Virus record (IMG/VR): IMGVR_UViG_3300005253_000946
DNA length: 64,000 nt
Direction: 5' to 3' (one strand)
Origin: a virus
Part shown: positions 1-9,841 of the stretch, piece by piece
Layout: each line of letters begins with the position of its first letter
How positions within the stretch are numbered: the stretch's first letter is position 1
Made by a program: the position numbers and the translations under genes
The notes under the pieces: model-generated
Database searches by the model: none
Seen by the model: the letters and a program-made list of their open reading frames with translations, nothing else
Told to the model about the DNA's origin: nothing

Positions 1-24
1 TTCCCTTTGCGGCGTGCTCTAATG

Positions 25-804
25 TTAGGCAAACATATCCGCTAGGTAGTTGTCTATCTGTACCATTAGACTCTCATAATCGGTGTCACCCTCATCATAC
101 TCGATCCCTAGATTAAGTCCAGTCCATTGGATCAATCCTTCTAGGTCAAGGTGCTTCAAATCATCAGGTATAGTCAAATCCCTGAGTTCTTCGTCAGTGA
201 GTCTAACATCGGGCGGTGTTTGACCTTCCACATACTCTCCGTCGCCGCCTGGGTCATTTTGTTCTCCATACTCTTCAGACTCTACTGCTTGTTTAGCAGC
301 ACCTCGTGTTCTCTTCCTGGTAGTAGATTTTACTTCTTCTGCAGATTCGGTTTTCGGTCTCTCGAATCCAAGAGCTTCTCCGACAAAGTCGGTTAACTGA
401 TCTACACATACGTGTAGGTCTACAACTTTAACTTGGAAGGCTGCTAACTCAGACTTAGTTGCAGCTAGTTCTTCTTGTAGTTTCGCTATAGCGTCGTCTG
501 GAACTTCTACAGCCTTCTTTCGAGGTTCTCGTTTAACTTTAGGCTTATCTTCCTGTTCTTTGCCAGCAGCTTTCTTCTTAGGTTCAGGATCTTCTTTCTG
601 ACCATCTGCTTCTGATTCCTTAACTATGAATTCAGCAGCTTTCTTCTTCATTTCCTTTAGATCCATACCCATTACCTCCTCACTGTATTTCATACCTCTC
701 GATATGAGGAAGCGGTTGAGGTCTATACGAGTAGAGGAACCATCTTCAAGGCTCTCCAATGTGACATCTGGTTGGGCTAATTTACTGCCTTTTTTCTTAG
801 ACAT
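25..804 (-). CDS. hypothetical protein (Lys/Glu-rich N-terminal and central region, acidic C-terminal domain)
   Basis: 259-aa ORF with GGAG RBS, collinear with the operon; no recognisable motif. Confidence 0.75.
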   Translation of the reverse strand: MSKKKGSKLAQPDVTLESLEDGSSTRIDLNRFLISRGMKYSEEVMGMDLKEMKKKAAEFIVKESEADGQKEDPEPKKKAAGKEQEDKPKVKREPRKKAVEVPDDAIAKLQEELAATKSELAAFQVKVVDLHVCVDQLTDFVGEALGFERPKTESAEEVKSTTRKRTRGAAKQAVESEEYGEQNDPGGDGEYVEGQTPPDVRLTDEELRDLTIPDDLKHLDLEGLIQWTGLNLGIEYDEGDTDYESLMVQIDNYLADMFA

Positions 805-816
805 TATATGTTCTCC

Positions 817-1449
817 TTAGAGTTTGAATTTTGGCATATCTGGACGGCCATTTAGGTGCGCCTTATTATCTAAATAACACTCAGTTACTTTACAACTTGG
901 GCACATATAACAATCTGCATCGCACGACAACTGGCCTTCCATGTTCTTCCAGTCCTGTCTAATGAGATTGTTTATAGTACCTTTCAATTGGTCTACTACA
1001 CTGAACTCTTCTACATCCTTCTCCCCTCTTAAAATTTTCTTACAAGTCTCTAGGTCGGTACTTCTAGAAATGAAGTATCCATGCATACCCAGTATCTGTA
1101 AGATTTCGGTTTTGTTACATAAATCTAAGCCTGGTTCGTCTAGTATTAAGGCTTCTAACTCACGTTCTCGTTTACGTTTAGAGGCAGCAATCTTCTTGAT
1201 CGCTTTCTCAGCTTGCTCTTCTACAAATACCTTAGAAAGCTCTTGTATATTTTGAGAGAAACCTTCAGCTAGACCCATTAGTTCAGTACCCCATTGTCTG
1301 AGGATCTGGTGCTGCATGTCATCGTCGTCGCCTATAGAGATTAGTGAACCTCCAATAGATTCTAGACGTTGAAGTAGGTGTTCAGCAACAGCTATAGCTG
1401 CTCCTCGTTCTTTAGTACCTATCTTTTTTGGTTTGTCATTTCCAGCCAT
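817..1449 (-). CDS. hypothetical protein with C-terminal Cys cluster
   Basis: 210-aa ORF; CDADCYMCPSCKVTEC near the C-terminus suggests metal binding. Confidence 0.75.
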   Translation of the reverse strand: MAGNDKPKKIGTKERGAAIAVAEHLLQRLESIGGSLISIGDDDDMQHQILRQWGTELMGLAEGFSQNIQELSKVFVEEQAEKAIKKIAASKRKRERELEALILDEPGLDLCNKTEILQILGMHGYFISRSTDLETCKKILRGEKDVEEFSVVDQLKGTINNLIRQDWKNMEGQLSCDADCYMCPSCKVTECYLDNKAHLNGRPDMPKFKL

Positions 1450-1954
1450 TTATAATCTCCGTTAAGTGGTCCTCGTCTACGATCACGGTGTCTACATCTT
1501 CTGGGTCTAGTTCAAAAATCTGTATTCTAACTCCACACAAATCTTTATTACCTCTTCTCTTATCCAGTATTATTTGTACGTTTTGCGAGTCATCGTAAGC
1601 GAATAAGTCTTTAACACAATCTTCTAACAGTTTCACCCAGTTACTGAGGTCTTTACGCCTGTACTTGGTTTTCGTCTTAGGCCATCCCTTATTGATCAGG
1701 TCAGGTATTACGAAGCAGATCACTACTCGATAAGGCACATTGTCTTTAGGGAAAGAGGAAGGTGTTAGAGCAGTCTCCTTCAAATAGTTGTCTATAACAT
1801 GGTTTCTAAACTTACTTCTAAACTCAGTAGCCTCAGTAGAAAGATAAGTGTACTTCATAACCCAGTTGTGGCTGTACACTTTATTAGCACTAGGAGGCAT
1901 GAACGGTATAAAGAAGTCGGATACTAGTGTCTTATTCTCCATCTCTACGGGCAC
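1436..1954 (-). CDS. rusA: RusA-family Holliday junction resolvase
   Basis: PPSANK N-terminal motif and KDLSNWVKLLEDCV...YDDSQNV match the RusA D-x-x-N-x-x-K-x-x-x-D...DD pattern. Confidence 0.8.
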   Translation of the reverse strand: MPVEMENKTLVSDFFIPFMPPSANKVYSHNWVMKYTYLSTEATEFRSKFRNHVIDNYLKETALTPSSFPKDNVPYRVVICFVIPDLINKGWPKTKTKYRRKDLSNWVKLLEDCVKDLFAYDDSQNVQIILDKRRGNKDLCGVRIQIFELDPEDVDTVIVDEDHLTEIINGWK

Positions 1955-2594
1955 CCCTTCTGGAAACTGCAGTGTTAGCTACTCCCTTACTCCTTTTAGT
2001 CAAACCTCTCTTTACTGCCTCCGGAGATTTCATCTTGGTCGACGTATCGTATGAGCTGGACCTAATAGTAATTTCCCTGGAAATTACCTTTAGTCCTCGT
2101 TCCATAGCAGTGGCTATTCCCTTTACTACATTATGTAAGTACTTCATTTTCAAATACTCGGCGTTGATTTCTACATACCTGATATCAGTTCTAACAGCGT
2201 CGTTTTTGTCTGACACAGTCATACTCTTATCGGTATGCTCTTTCCTGATCGCAGCCCAAGTAAGATCTTTGACTTCTTCTAACGCACTTAGTTGTACGTT
2301 GAACTTCGTGTTTAATATAACCACGTATTCAAACCATTCAGCAAAGACGCTTTGAAGAGTACTGATCTGAGACAGTGTTAATCGAGATATATCTGTAGGT
2401 ATTTTGGGCTGTCCCATACCTTCATTTGTATATTCGATAAAATTTACTTGTAGGGCATGAGGTAGTGTAGGAAGCTCTAGACCTAAGCTGTGAAGCTCTT
2501 CTTCAATATTAGATACTTGTGAGTACCTTCCTTGAGCCTCTGACCATATCTTTTCGTTAGAGAGGTCTCGTGGACCTAGTGGTAACTTTGCCAT
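1932..2594 (-). CDS. coiled-coil protein, possible UvsY-like recombination mediator
   Basis: Helical heptad pattern (KNDAVRTDIRYVEINAEYLKMKYLHNVVKGIATAMERGLKVISREIT) resembles UvsY; sits among recombination genes. Confidence 0.4.
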   Translation of the reverse strand: MAKLPLGPRDLSNEKIWSEAQGRYSQVSNIEEELHSLGLELPTLPHALQVNFIEYTNEGMGQPKIPTDISRLTLSQISTLQSVFAEWFEYVVILNTKFNVQLSALEEVKDLTWAAIRKEHTDKSMTVSDKNDAVRTDIRYVEINAEYLKMKYLHNVVKGIATAMERGLKVISREITIRSSSYDTSTKMKSPEAVKRGLTKRSKGVANTAVSRRGARRDGE

Positions 2595-3332
2595 TTATCC
2601 TTCCTTGTTGTCTTGTTTACACTGAGTTAAGAAGGCGCAGGTAGTACACCATGAACCTTTATTGACTAAAGGCAGTACCCCCTTCTCAATATCAGACTTA
2701 ACAGAGTTTATTAGTTTTTCGACACTACCCCATGTAATATCGCTGACGTTAACAAATAGGGGTATGAGGGTTTGGTTATCTTTATTTTCATACAAGAACA
2801 GTATTCTGTTTAACCCAAGACCTTTAGCGTAACAAGTAGCTTGTCTTTCATGGAATAGTTTAGGCTTAGTCAAACTTGCCAATGAGCCACTAGCTGCACT
2901 TTTTATCTCAATAACAAAGGTTCCTACTTTTGTTGTTAATACACCATCTGCATGTCCAAATATTTCATACTCTTTAACAGAGACAGGGACTTCTGCTTCG
3001 AAATTTCCTGGATAAGCTTTACCAAAAAGGTACTGTAGCCTGTCGTGTACAGTGTGTCCATTTCTGAAAATTCTATGAAGTTGTGGGCTGAAGCGATTTA
3101 TACGTGGAGCGTCCAGGTAAGAATAGTACAATCGTCTATTGCAAGGATACATAGACCCTATCTCACTAGGATGGAATACTCCTGTGCGTCGTTTGTGTTT
3201 GATACTCTTTTCTTCAACATCTTTTAGAAGTGCTTTATCTAGATTAGACACTATCTCTAAAGCTTCATCAGTAAAACCTACTAACTTCCTTTTACTCCTG
3301 TTTCGTACTGCTTTTCTTAGAGCTTTACTCAT
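2595..3332 (-). CDS. Cas4-like PD-(D/E)XK exonuclease with Fe-S Cys motif
   Basis: HPSEIG..CNRRLYY, GHTVH, GHADG, IEIKS, Q...Y and terminal CTTCAFLTQC give the 1+3 Cys Cas4/AddB arrangement. Confidence 0.85.
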   Translation of the reverse strand: MSKALRKAVRNRSKRKLVGFTDEALEIVSNLDKALLKDVEEKSIKHKRRTGVFHPSEIGSMYPCNRRLYYSYLDAPRINRFSPQLHRIFRNGHTVHDRLQYLFGKAYPGNFEAEVPVSVKEYEIFGHADGVLTTKVGTFVIEIKSAASGSLASLTKPKLFHERQATCYAKGLGLNRILFLYENKDNQTLIPLFVNVSDITWGSVEKLINSVKSDIEKGVLPLVNKGSWCTTCAFLTQCKQDNKEG

Positions 3333-5064
3333 AATATTCTACTGCCTCTGTAAACCAGTCCGGAAACAAACTGTTGTGTCTACTGATAAAATCGGTAAAT
3401 CTTTCATCAAGTGCGTACGTAACACCTGTGTCTTCGACGTCACGTACAATTCTTCCGTATGTCTGCATTATTGACAGGGCTGTTAACCAGTTATACCAAG
3501 GCCACCCGCCAAGTCCGATCCTTACTTTTACTCGTTTATCACTAATGCTGGCGTAAGGTACAAAGACCATAATCTGAAATCTAGCCAGATCAAACTTTAA
3601 GTCAACTCCTTCGGTAAAAGATGGTGTAATAAATACAGGGTTATCCTCTCGTTCGGTATACTCTTTGAACATGTTTAGTCTTCTAGCACCAGATAGATGA
3701 GTGATTACCCTATCTCTAGTAGTAGAGTTTTCCTTTAAAGCGTTACTTATTATATTAGTCGCCTTGTAGGATTGTGTGTGAATAATACCTTTACAATCAG
3801 AATGGTGCTCTACAATGTCACATATCTCTTTAGTTACTTTCGCCATCTTCTCGTCAGTTCTTTTAGGGTAAGCAAGAGATCCTATTGTATTTGAAATAAT
3901 GAAAGGTCTGTTCTCTGCAGGAAACTCTGAAGCGATCCTAACAAATGCGTGCTCTTCTATACCGAGAGACTTTGAAAACGCTCTTGAGTCCAAGATAGTG
4001 GCCGACATAAATAATCTTTTAGGTGCCTTATTTAGCAACATATATTTAGCGAACTTATCTACAAATACTGGAGAAAAGTTGTACGAAACAATTTTATTTT
4101 TAAACCCTTTAGATATAATCTCTACACGGTCACCTACCCATTTCGTATGATCTAGTGATGAATTCATAAGAGACAGTCCAGGTATTACGTCAGATAATAG
4201 GTAATGTATATCTGAGGGGCGTCCCCCTGTTTTTTCCATTATCTCAGCTATTTTACGTATTTTAAGTAATTCTGATCCTAACCAGTCTTTCATAAAAGCT
4301 GATCCTAAAGGGTCATCATCTGCTACAGCTTCAATGTATTGAGATAAAGATTGTATATCAAGGTCTGGAACTAATCTCTTAAGTCTATCTTCGTTTAGTT
4401 TTACTCCTGCGAATGAAACTAACCATTCTTCACATCTATGGGCTTCGTCTAATACTAATAGAGACCTCTTATGGAAGATACCTGTGTAATTAACATGAGA
4501 TAGAAACAGTGCGAAATTCATAACCAGTATTTCACTCTGTAATGCCAGATGACGATTGTACAAATAATTACAGTACACTTTTTCTGAGTCAAGATCTTGT
4601 GTGTTTAAAGGTACAGGACCTAGCGGAAAATCTACTTCAGCTAACGGTGTTCCAATACAACACCCATAATTTCTACCACCGAAGCCTCCTTTAGCACATT
4701 GAGCTGTCGGTCCACAATCAGCATCAGGTATACCACTTGATATGCCTAAGTGGCATGGGTAGTTGGCAGCTCCTTTAAACACAAATACATTGTCAGAAAA
4801 AGACTCACTATACTGATCCTGTAATTCTTTTCTAGGTGTCAGTAGAAATGAGTTACCTTCGAGCGTATCACTGATGTATTTAGCAAACACCATAGCTATA
4901 ACACTCTTACCTGACCCAGTCGGTGATTCTAGAATCACATCGTCGTAATCATTAAGTGCTTGTGTTACTCGCTTGATGGCATCCTCTTGGGTGAACCTAG
5001 GTGTGTATCCAAGATTACTCAATAAGCTACGGTATACCTGTATTACGTCATCTTCGTTAAACAT
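3325..5064 (-). CDS. DinG/XPD (Rad3)-like SF2 helicase
   Basis: ESPTGSGKS (motif I), Cys cluster after motif Ia, LDEAH, MSAT, GVDL, QTYGRIVRDVEDTG. Confidence 0.9.
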   Translation of the reverse strand: MFNEDDVIQVYRSLLSNLGYTPRFTQEDAIKRVTQALNDYDDVILESPTGSGKSVIAMVFAKYISDTLEGNSFLLTPRKELQDQYSESFSDNVFVFKGAANYPCHLGISSGIPDADCGPTAQCAKGGFGGRNYGCCIGTPLAEVDFPLGPVPLNTQDLDSEKVYCNYLYNRHLALQSEILVMNFALFLSHVNYTGIFHKRSLLVLDEAHRCEEWLVSFAGVKLNEDRLKRLVPDLDIQSLSQYIEAVADDDPLGSAFMKDWLGSELLKIRKIAEIMEKTGGRPSDIHYLLSDVIPGLSLMNSSLDHTKWVGDRVEIISKGFKNKIVSYNFSPVFVDKFAKYMLLNKAPKRLFMSATILDSRAFSKSLGIEEHAFVRIASEFPAENRPFIISNTIGSLAYPKRTDEKMAKVTKEICDIVEHHSDCKGIIHTQSYKATNIISNALKENSTTRDRVITHLSGARRLNMFKEYTEREDNPVFITPSFTEGVDLKFDLARFQIMVFVPYASISDKRVKVRIGLGGWPWYNWLTALSIMQTYGRIVRDVEDTGVTYALDERFTDFISRHNSLFPDWFTEAVEYYE

Positions 5065-5562
5065 TTAGTTATCTCTTTCGAGTAATTGTTGCCATTCTAT
5101 GGCTGTAGTAAGTAGTAGCGTTCTCTTATCTGATTCGAATAAGATCTTTAGCGGTTTTTTAATGGACACTAGAGACGGGGAAATCCTCACAGATTTTTTG
5201 TCTGTGCTTAGTTCTTCTGAGACTTGTATCTCATTAGACCAAGAACCGTCTAACACTGCCAGAGATCTTTTGAGGCTGCTTCTGCCCCCAGTGAATTCAA
5301 TAACCATCACTGGGTGTGAGCCTGTTATTTTAGCTTCTTGTTCCGCCTTTAAGAACGTCGATAGTTTTAGGGTGTAGTGGGCCGCGTCAGTATACTTATG
5401 CTCTATTTTCCAGGATTCTCCGTAGTCATCTTCTAGGGATAGGTCACCTTTATCTGTGTGGAACGCTCCGCTATTAATGTTTACTCTAGCACCTATTTTA
5501 GAAGCAAGCTGCTTAGTCAGCCTGTCCGACTTCTTCCTCTTGTGGTTCGTCATCTTCTTCAA
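5065..5562 (-). CDS. PD-(D/E)XK endonuclease, Hjc-like resolvase
   Basis: NSGAFHTDKGDL...WKIEHKYT matches the Hjc-like SGA...D...E-x-K pattern. Confidence 0.6.
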   Translation of the reverse strand: MKKMTNHKRKKSDRLTKQLASKIGARVNINSGAFHTDKGDLSLEDDYGESWKIEHKYTDAAHYTLKLSTFLKAEQEAKITGSHPVMVIEFTGGRSSLKRSLAVLDGSWSNEIQVSEELSTDKKSVRISPSLVSIKKPLKILFESDKRTLLLTTAIEWQQLLERDN

Positions 5563-6835
5563 TACCTATCCCTGTTTGTCTAACATTAGAAAGTTCTAAG
5601 ATATAATGATGGGCATAATCTCTAAACTTTCTATACTTATTGAGGTCTGCTAATAGGTCTCCCTTACTTGTCCATACCATAGAGTGACCTTCCGGGAGCT
5701 TGTCTTTAAAGAACACTTTATGTTCTTTGACTATCTCATTGCTCCTACCTTTAATTTTAAACAATCCGAATCTATCGCCTGCAGTACGTATACTCATCGC
5801 CAGGTTTATAGAACCTACTGGTAAGTTATGAGGGTTCTTCCTATTTAATATAAGCTCGATACTAGTTATCCCGCCTTCAGGAGCACCGTTCTTAGATTTA
5901 CCGATGTGTATTCTGATCTCTTTCCCCCACAAGTGATAAGTTTTAGGATCGTTTTTAGTGCCATCATAAAGCTTTCCTGACTCTATGTGGGAGAATTCTA
6001 CATCCAGAGAAGCTATATGTTTCCAAGCGTTACCTCCCGGTGAACTTTTTGTAGGTCCTCTGCCCATCGTATTAATCTTTTCTCGGAACTGATTAACACC
6101 TAATACTGTAGTTCTGTTAGGTTCACCGTCGTCTGCTTTCATATTAAGAGCTGAGTGTAGCTTCTTAGTAAAAGAAGTCATCATTAGAGGAACACCGTCA
6201 CCAGGTTTTTCGCCGCCAAGATCTACTTCCATTGCATGTCTGGTAGTCAATGCTCCAATTGAATCTAAGATTATCAAATCGAAAGTACCCGACATTACCC
6301 AGTCAAGAAGTATCTGCAGTTGGTCCTCACCTGTTAGTGCATGGACTTCGTAGAATGCTCCTATCTGACTTCTAAGAGTAGCTAGGACAGCTTTACTAAA
6401 TTGAGCACCACGTACTTTCTCCATATTGGCTATCTCTTCGTCGCTGTATGCTACAAGGAACCCGTTACGTCTAGCCCAAGGTTTGTCTATTGGGTGCTCA
6501 ACAGCTATATGACCTATGACAGCATACCCACCGAACTTCTTCTGAACCTCTGCAGCGTGTCTGTAGGCGGCTGTAGTCTTAGCACAAGAAGGCTTACCTT
6601 TATATTGAACCACAGCTCCGTCAGGTAGACCTCCTCCCACTATAAGATCTAGTCCTAGAAGGCCTGTAGAAGTCCTCTCAGTGAACGTGTTGACCATCTC
6701 ATCAGCAGTTACTATCTCTGCCTTAATCTTACGCTTCTTGAGTTCAGCGTTCTGCTGATCTACTAAATCCTGTGCAGCTTTAAATTTAGAAGCTCTTCGG
6801 CTGACAGGGGTTTTACTTTTTGTCCTTGGCGACAT
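5513..6835 (-). CDS. recA: RecA/UvsX recombinase
   Basis: STGLLGLDLIVGGGLP, Walker A GKPSCAKTT, DLIILDSIGAL, NQFREKI, GGNAWKH. Confidence 0.9.
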   Translation of the reverse strand: MSPRTKSKTPVSRRASKFKAAQDLVDQQNAELKKRKIKAEIVTADEMVNTFTERTSTGLLGLDLIVGGGLPDGAVVQYKGKPSCAKTTAAYRHAAEVQKKFGGYAVIGHIAVEHPIDKPWARRNGFLVAYSDEEIANMEKVRGAQFSKAVLATLRSQIGAFYEVHALTGEDQLQILLDWVMSGTFDLIILDSIGALTTRHAMEVDLGGEKPGDGVPLMMTSFTKKLHSALNMKADDGEPNRTTVLGVNQFREKINTMGRGPTKSSPGGNAWKHIASLDVEFSHIESGKLYDGTKNDPKTYHLWGKEIRIHIGKSKNGAPEGGITSIELILNRKNPHNLPVGSINLAMSIRTAGDRFGLFKIKGRSNEIVKEHKVFFKDKLPEGHSMVWTSKGDLLADLNKYRKFRDYAHHYILELSNVRQTGIGIEEDDEPQEEEVGQAD

Positions 6836-6992
6836 TCTTTGATCCCTTCTCTAAAGGTTCGGTTCCGTGGACAGGGCATTTCATAACCTGTCCGTGTTGT
6901 TCCATTTTTACTCCACATTCGGGACATAATACGTCCGATGTTCCTTGTTTAGTAAGATCATCTTGACCTTGATCTACTCCTAATTTTTCCAT
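6813..6992 (-). CDS. small zinc-ribbon protein (59 aa), absent from the ORF track
   Basis: Hand translation MEKLGVDQGQDDLTKQGTSDVLCPECGVKMEQHGQVMKCPVHGTEPLEKGSKNVAKDKK; CxxC...CxxH; fills the gap between neighbouring genes. Confidence 0.75.
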   Translation of the reverse strand: MEKLGVDQGQDDLTKQGTSDVLCPECGVKMEQHGQVMKCPVHGTEPLEKGSKNVAKDKK

Positions 6993-6995
6993 GAT

Positions 6996-7238
6996 TTATC
7001 CTTTCTTCTTCTGTTTAGGTTTAGTCTCTTTAACTACAGAGACTTCTACTTCAGGTTCGACTATAGCATTTTCTGGTATAGTCACAGAAGCTACAGGAAA
7101 GGCTCTATTAAGAAATCCTTTAGGTAGATTCAGTTTGACCTGTACTGCATACTCTCCAGCCTTCAGACTAGGTTTATTTCTTGTCTGACGTTTAATACCA
7201 GACTCAGAGAAGATTAGGTAACACATATATGTTTTCAT
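6996..7238 (-). CDS. hypothetical protein (about 80 aa)
   Basis: Start moved to the ATG at 7238 (MKTYMCY), which has an AAGGAG RBS. Confidence 0.7.
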   Translation of the reverse strand: MKTYMCYLIFSESGIKRQTRNKPSLKAGEYAVQVKLNLPKGFLNRAFPVASVTIPENAIVEPEVEVSVVKETKPKQKKKG

Positions 7239-7248
7239 AATTGACTCC

Positions 7249-9261
7249 TTAATGGGCATCAGCCCATGCATAAGCTTTGTGGATATCGACTACTAGAGGG
7301 ATTGTGAGGATGTCAGAGAACTGTGAAATCATAATTTTCTCAATGATTTCCATAGCTTCGTCTGCTCTCTCATCGTCTGGCATGTAGAACACTAGTTCAT
7401 CATGTACTTGGAGTAACATCTCAACTTCTAGTTCACGTAAACGTTCATTATTCTCTATTTCGATCATGGCGCATTTGATGATGTCTGCTGCAGAACCTTG
7501 AGGTAAGAAGTTTACAGCTTGTCGAAAGATACTCGCCCTCTCCTGCATGGATTTGTAGGTCTCTCTAGTGACACCATCCTTATTTGCGAAGACTGAATCA
7601 GGTACGTTTAAACGGCGGTACCTTCCTAATAGAGAGAACACCCGGCCTTGTGTCTCTGCTTCCATCTGTACATCAAGGATCCACTCATACACCATCGGGT
7701 AGCCGTCAAAGTATTTCTTCCTAGCTTCTTGAGCAGCTTGCTTGTCAGGACGTTTCTCTACTCTACCGGTTTCTTTATCTGTGTACTCGACAAACTTTCC
7801 TAAATTAGCGGCCATCGAATTATCTTGCTGACCATAAGTAACAGCTAGATTGGTAATCTTTCCCTGGTTTCTGAACTCCAATAGTTCCTTCTGTTTAGGA
7901 GTTAGCTGCTCCCCACTCTCTTTTGCGTTCTTAGCTGAGATAACTTCATCATAGTCTTGGCCGTACATAAGAGCTGCTGTGTAGCTGTGGTTATCTAGGC
8001 CATCTCTAATAGCTGATAGCATATTCTCGTCTTGACTGAAGTGTGCAGTAAGACGTGGTTCTATCTGCCCATAGTCAGCAGCAACTAGAACGCGACCAGG
8101 AGGTGGTACAAAAGCTTTTCTAAGACCAAACTGATCAGACCCAGGTCTTGGTACATTCTGCAGGTTTGGTTGAGAGCTTGAGAGTCTCCCTGTAGTAGCA
8201 CCACCCTGGTTAAAGCTCGTGTGTATCCGATGCTCTATGTGATCTTTAGCATTTCTAGTAAGACCATCAGAGTAAGTTCCTTTTGCTTTAGAGAGTTCCC
8301 TGTGTTCCAACAATAGTTTCACAGGCTCGTATCCTCTTTCAGCTAAGTCTTCTAATACACCGGCAGCTGTCGATGGCTGTTTATTTCCTGACTTACCTCC
8401 TTTAGTCCATTTGAGAATAGGCAAACCGAAACCTTTAGCATCAGCATCATCTTCTGGGTTAACATCTCCGTACAATGCTCCTATTAATTGTGTAGGTGAA
8501 TTCAAGTTTACAATTCTACCTAGCAATTTAGTAAACTCTCGTTCTATTTCGGTGATACGCTTAGCCATCTTCTTACCGACTTCGGCCAACATATCAATAT
8601 CGACAGAGATACCTCTACGTTCCATATTCCAAAGTACGCGAGTGTATGGTACTTCGTACTGTACGTAGTAATCCCAGTAGGTGCTGTCTTGCCAATCTAT
8701 GAGCTTTAACAGGATACGAAGGCACCTGAATAACATGTAGGTAGCCCAAGCATCTTTTGTGGCATAATCGGTTAGCACGTCAGGCTTAACTTTATGTAAC
8801 GGAACATTCCCGAACAGCTTTTTAAAAGAGACCATCTGTAGACCTAGATAATCAGTGGCACAACTCTTAAGGTTATGACTACCGTAGCGGTTCTCGTCTA
8901 CTAAACAATCCATCATAAAGGTATCGTAGAGTATGCCGCCTAACATAATTCCGTGATTGGCAAAGACGTGCATATCGTACTTAGCATTGTGCATTATGAG
9001 GTCGACAGATGGATCTTCTAACCACTTCTTCATCATATGTACTGTGCGTCTAGTAAGGAGAATCCTATTCTTAATCCCCCAACACATCGACCAACAGTAA
9101 ATTCTATCTTTACCTACTGCCGATACTTTTTTCTTTACAGATTCGCCGTCAGTTTCTGTATCAATCGCAACCAATTTTACATCTACAAGCTGCTCAAGTA
9201 ACCAGTCTACCTCTTCTCTAGTATCTATAATTATTGGGTCAGGAAGTTTTACAAACTTCAT
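7249..9261 (-). CDS. polA: DNA polymerase family A with 3'-5' exonuclease domain and no 5'-3' exonuclease domain
   Basis: Exo motifs AIDTET, HNAKYD, YATKDA; polymerase motifs TGRLSSSQPNLQN, ADYGQIEPR (A), RNQGKITNLAVTYG (B), QVHDEL (C). Confidence 0.95.
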   Translation of the reverse strand: MKFVKLPDPIIIDTREEVDWLLEQLVDVKLVAIDTETDGESVKKKVSAVGKDRIYCWSMCWGIKNRILLTRRTVHMMKKWLEDPSVDLIMHNAKYDMHVFANHGIMLGGILYDTFMMDCLVDENRYGSHNLKSCATDYLGLQMVSFKKLFGNVPLHKVKPDVLTDYATKDAWATYMLFRCLRILLKLIDWQDSTYWDYYVQYEVPYTRVLWNMERRGISVDIDMLAEVGKKMAKRITEIEREFTKLLGRIVNLNSPTQLIGALYGDVNPEDDADAKGFGLPILKWTKGGKSGNKQPSTAAGVLEDLAERGYEPVKLLLEHRELSKAKGTYSDGLTRNAKDHIEHRIHTSFNQGGATTGRLSSSQPNLQNVPRPGSDQFGLRKAFVPPPGRVLVAADYGQIEPRLTAHFSQDENMLSAIRDGLDNHSYTAALMYGQDYDEVISAKNAKESGEQLTPKQKELLEFRNQGKITNLAVTYGQQDNSMAANLGKFVEYTDKETGRVEKRPDKQAAQEARKKYFDGYPMVYEWILDVQMEAETQGRVFSLLGRYRRLNVPDSVFANKDGVTRETYKSMQERASIFRQAVNFLPQGSAADIIKCAMIEIENNERLRELEVEMLLQVHDELVFYMPDDERADEAMEIIEKIMISQFSDILTIPLVVDIHKAYAWADAH

Positions 9262-9262
9262 A

Positions 9263-9778
9263 TTATACCTCTTGTAGAAGTTTTGAGAGTGCGTCTTTAT
9301 CAGCCCATAACTTTTTTTGTATCTCGTATGGGTATTCTAAGGGTTTGATTAGTCCTAGTAAGTCTTTACCTCTCACTAAGAGTGGAGAAGTTATTGAGGC
9401 TTGCCTGTACAACTTAATTTGTAGTTGTGGATTGATAGCTATAGTCCTAAACATCTCAGACCGTATTGGGGTATACAGCTTGTTATTTCCGATGTCCGTT
9501 CTGACTGTGTCTGTTTTACCTAAACCTAATTCTTCATATGCAGGGAGAGACAATACTTCACTTTTAAGGTCTTTACGTTGAGCTATAACTGCCACATCCA
9601 GTTCTACATTACTTCTGTATTTAGAGACTGTTTGTAGGAAGTCTTCTTTGACTTCTACTCCGGTCAATGTGTCTAGTTCTTCTAGAGCTTCGGCTAACCT
9701 TGTACAGAATCTAGCGGAATGTTCTTTAAGAGCAACTAGCTCAAACGAATCCGCCACAAAAGTTTGTGGGGTAAACAT
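9263..9778 (-). CDS. hypothetical protein
   Basis: 171-aa ORF with AGGAG RBS. Confidence 0.7.
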   Translation of the reverse strand: MFTPQTFVADSFELVALKEHSARFCTRLAEALEELDTLTGVEVKEDFLQTVSKYRSNVELDVAVIAQRKDLKSEVLSLPAYEELGLGKTDTVRTDIGNNKLYTPIRSEMFRTIAINPQLQIKLYRQASITSPLLVRGKDLLGLIKPLEYPYEIQKKLWADKDALSKLLQEV

Positions 9779-9796
9779 TAATTAACTCCTGGAAGA

Positions 9797-9826
9797 AGAT
9801 AGGGGTAGGAAAACCTACCCCTATCT
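9797..9826 (-). terminator. perfect 13-bp hairpin downstream of ssb (terminator or processing site)
   Basis: agataggggtagg-aaaa-cctacccctatct; only a weak U tract follows. Confidence 0.55.
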
Positions 9827-9841
9827 AGATCGTCGTGTGGT

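Noticed and set aside
2595-3332. CRISPR-Cas locus suggested by the Cas4-like gene
   Set aside because: No cas1/cas2 or effector genes and no repeat-spacer array seen in the window
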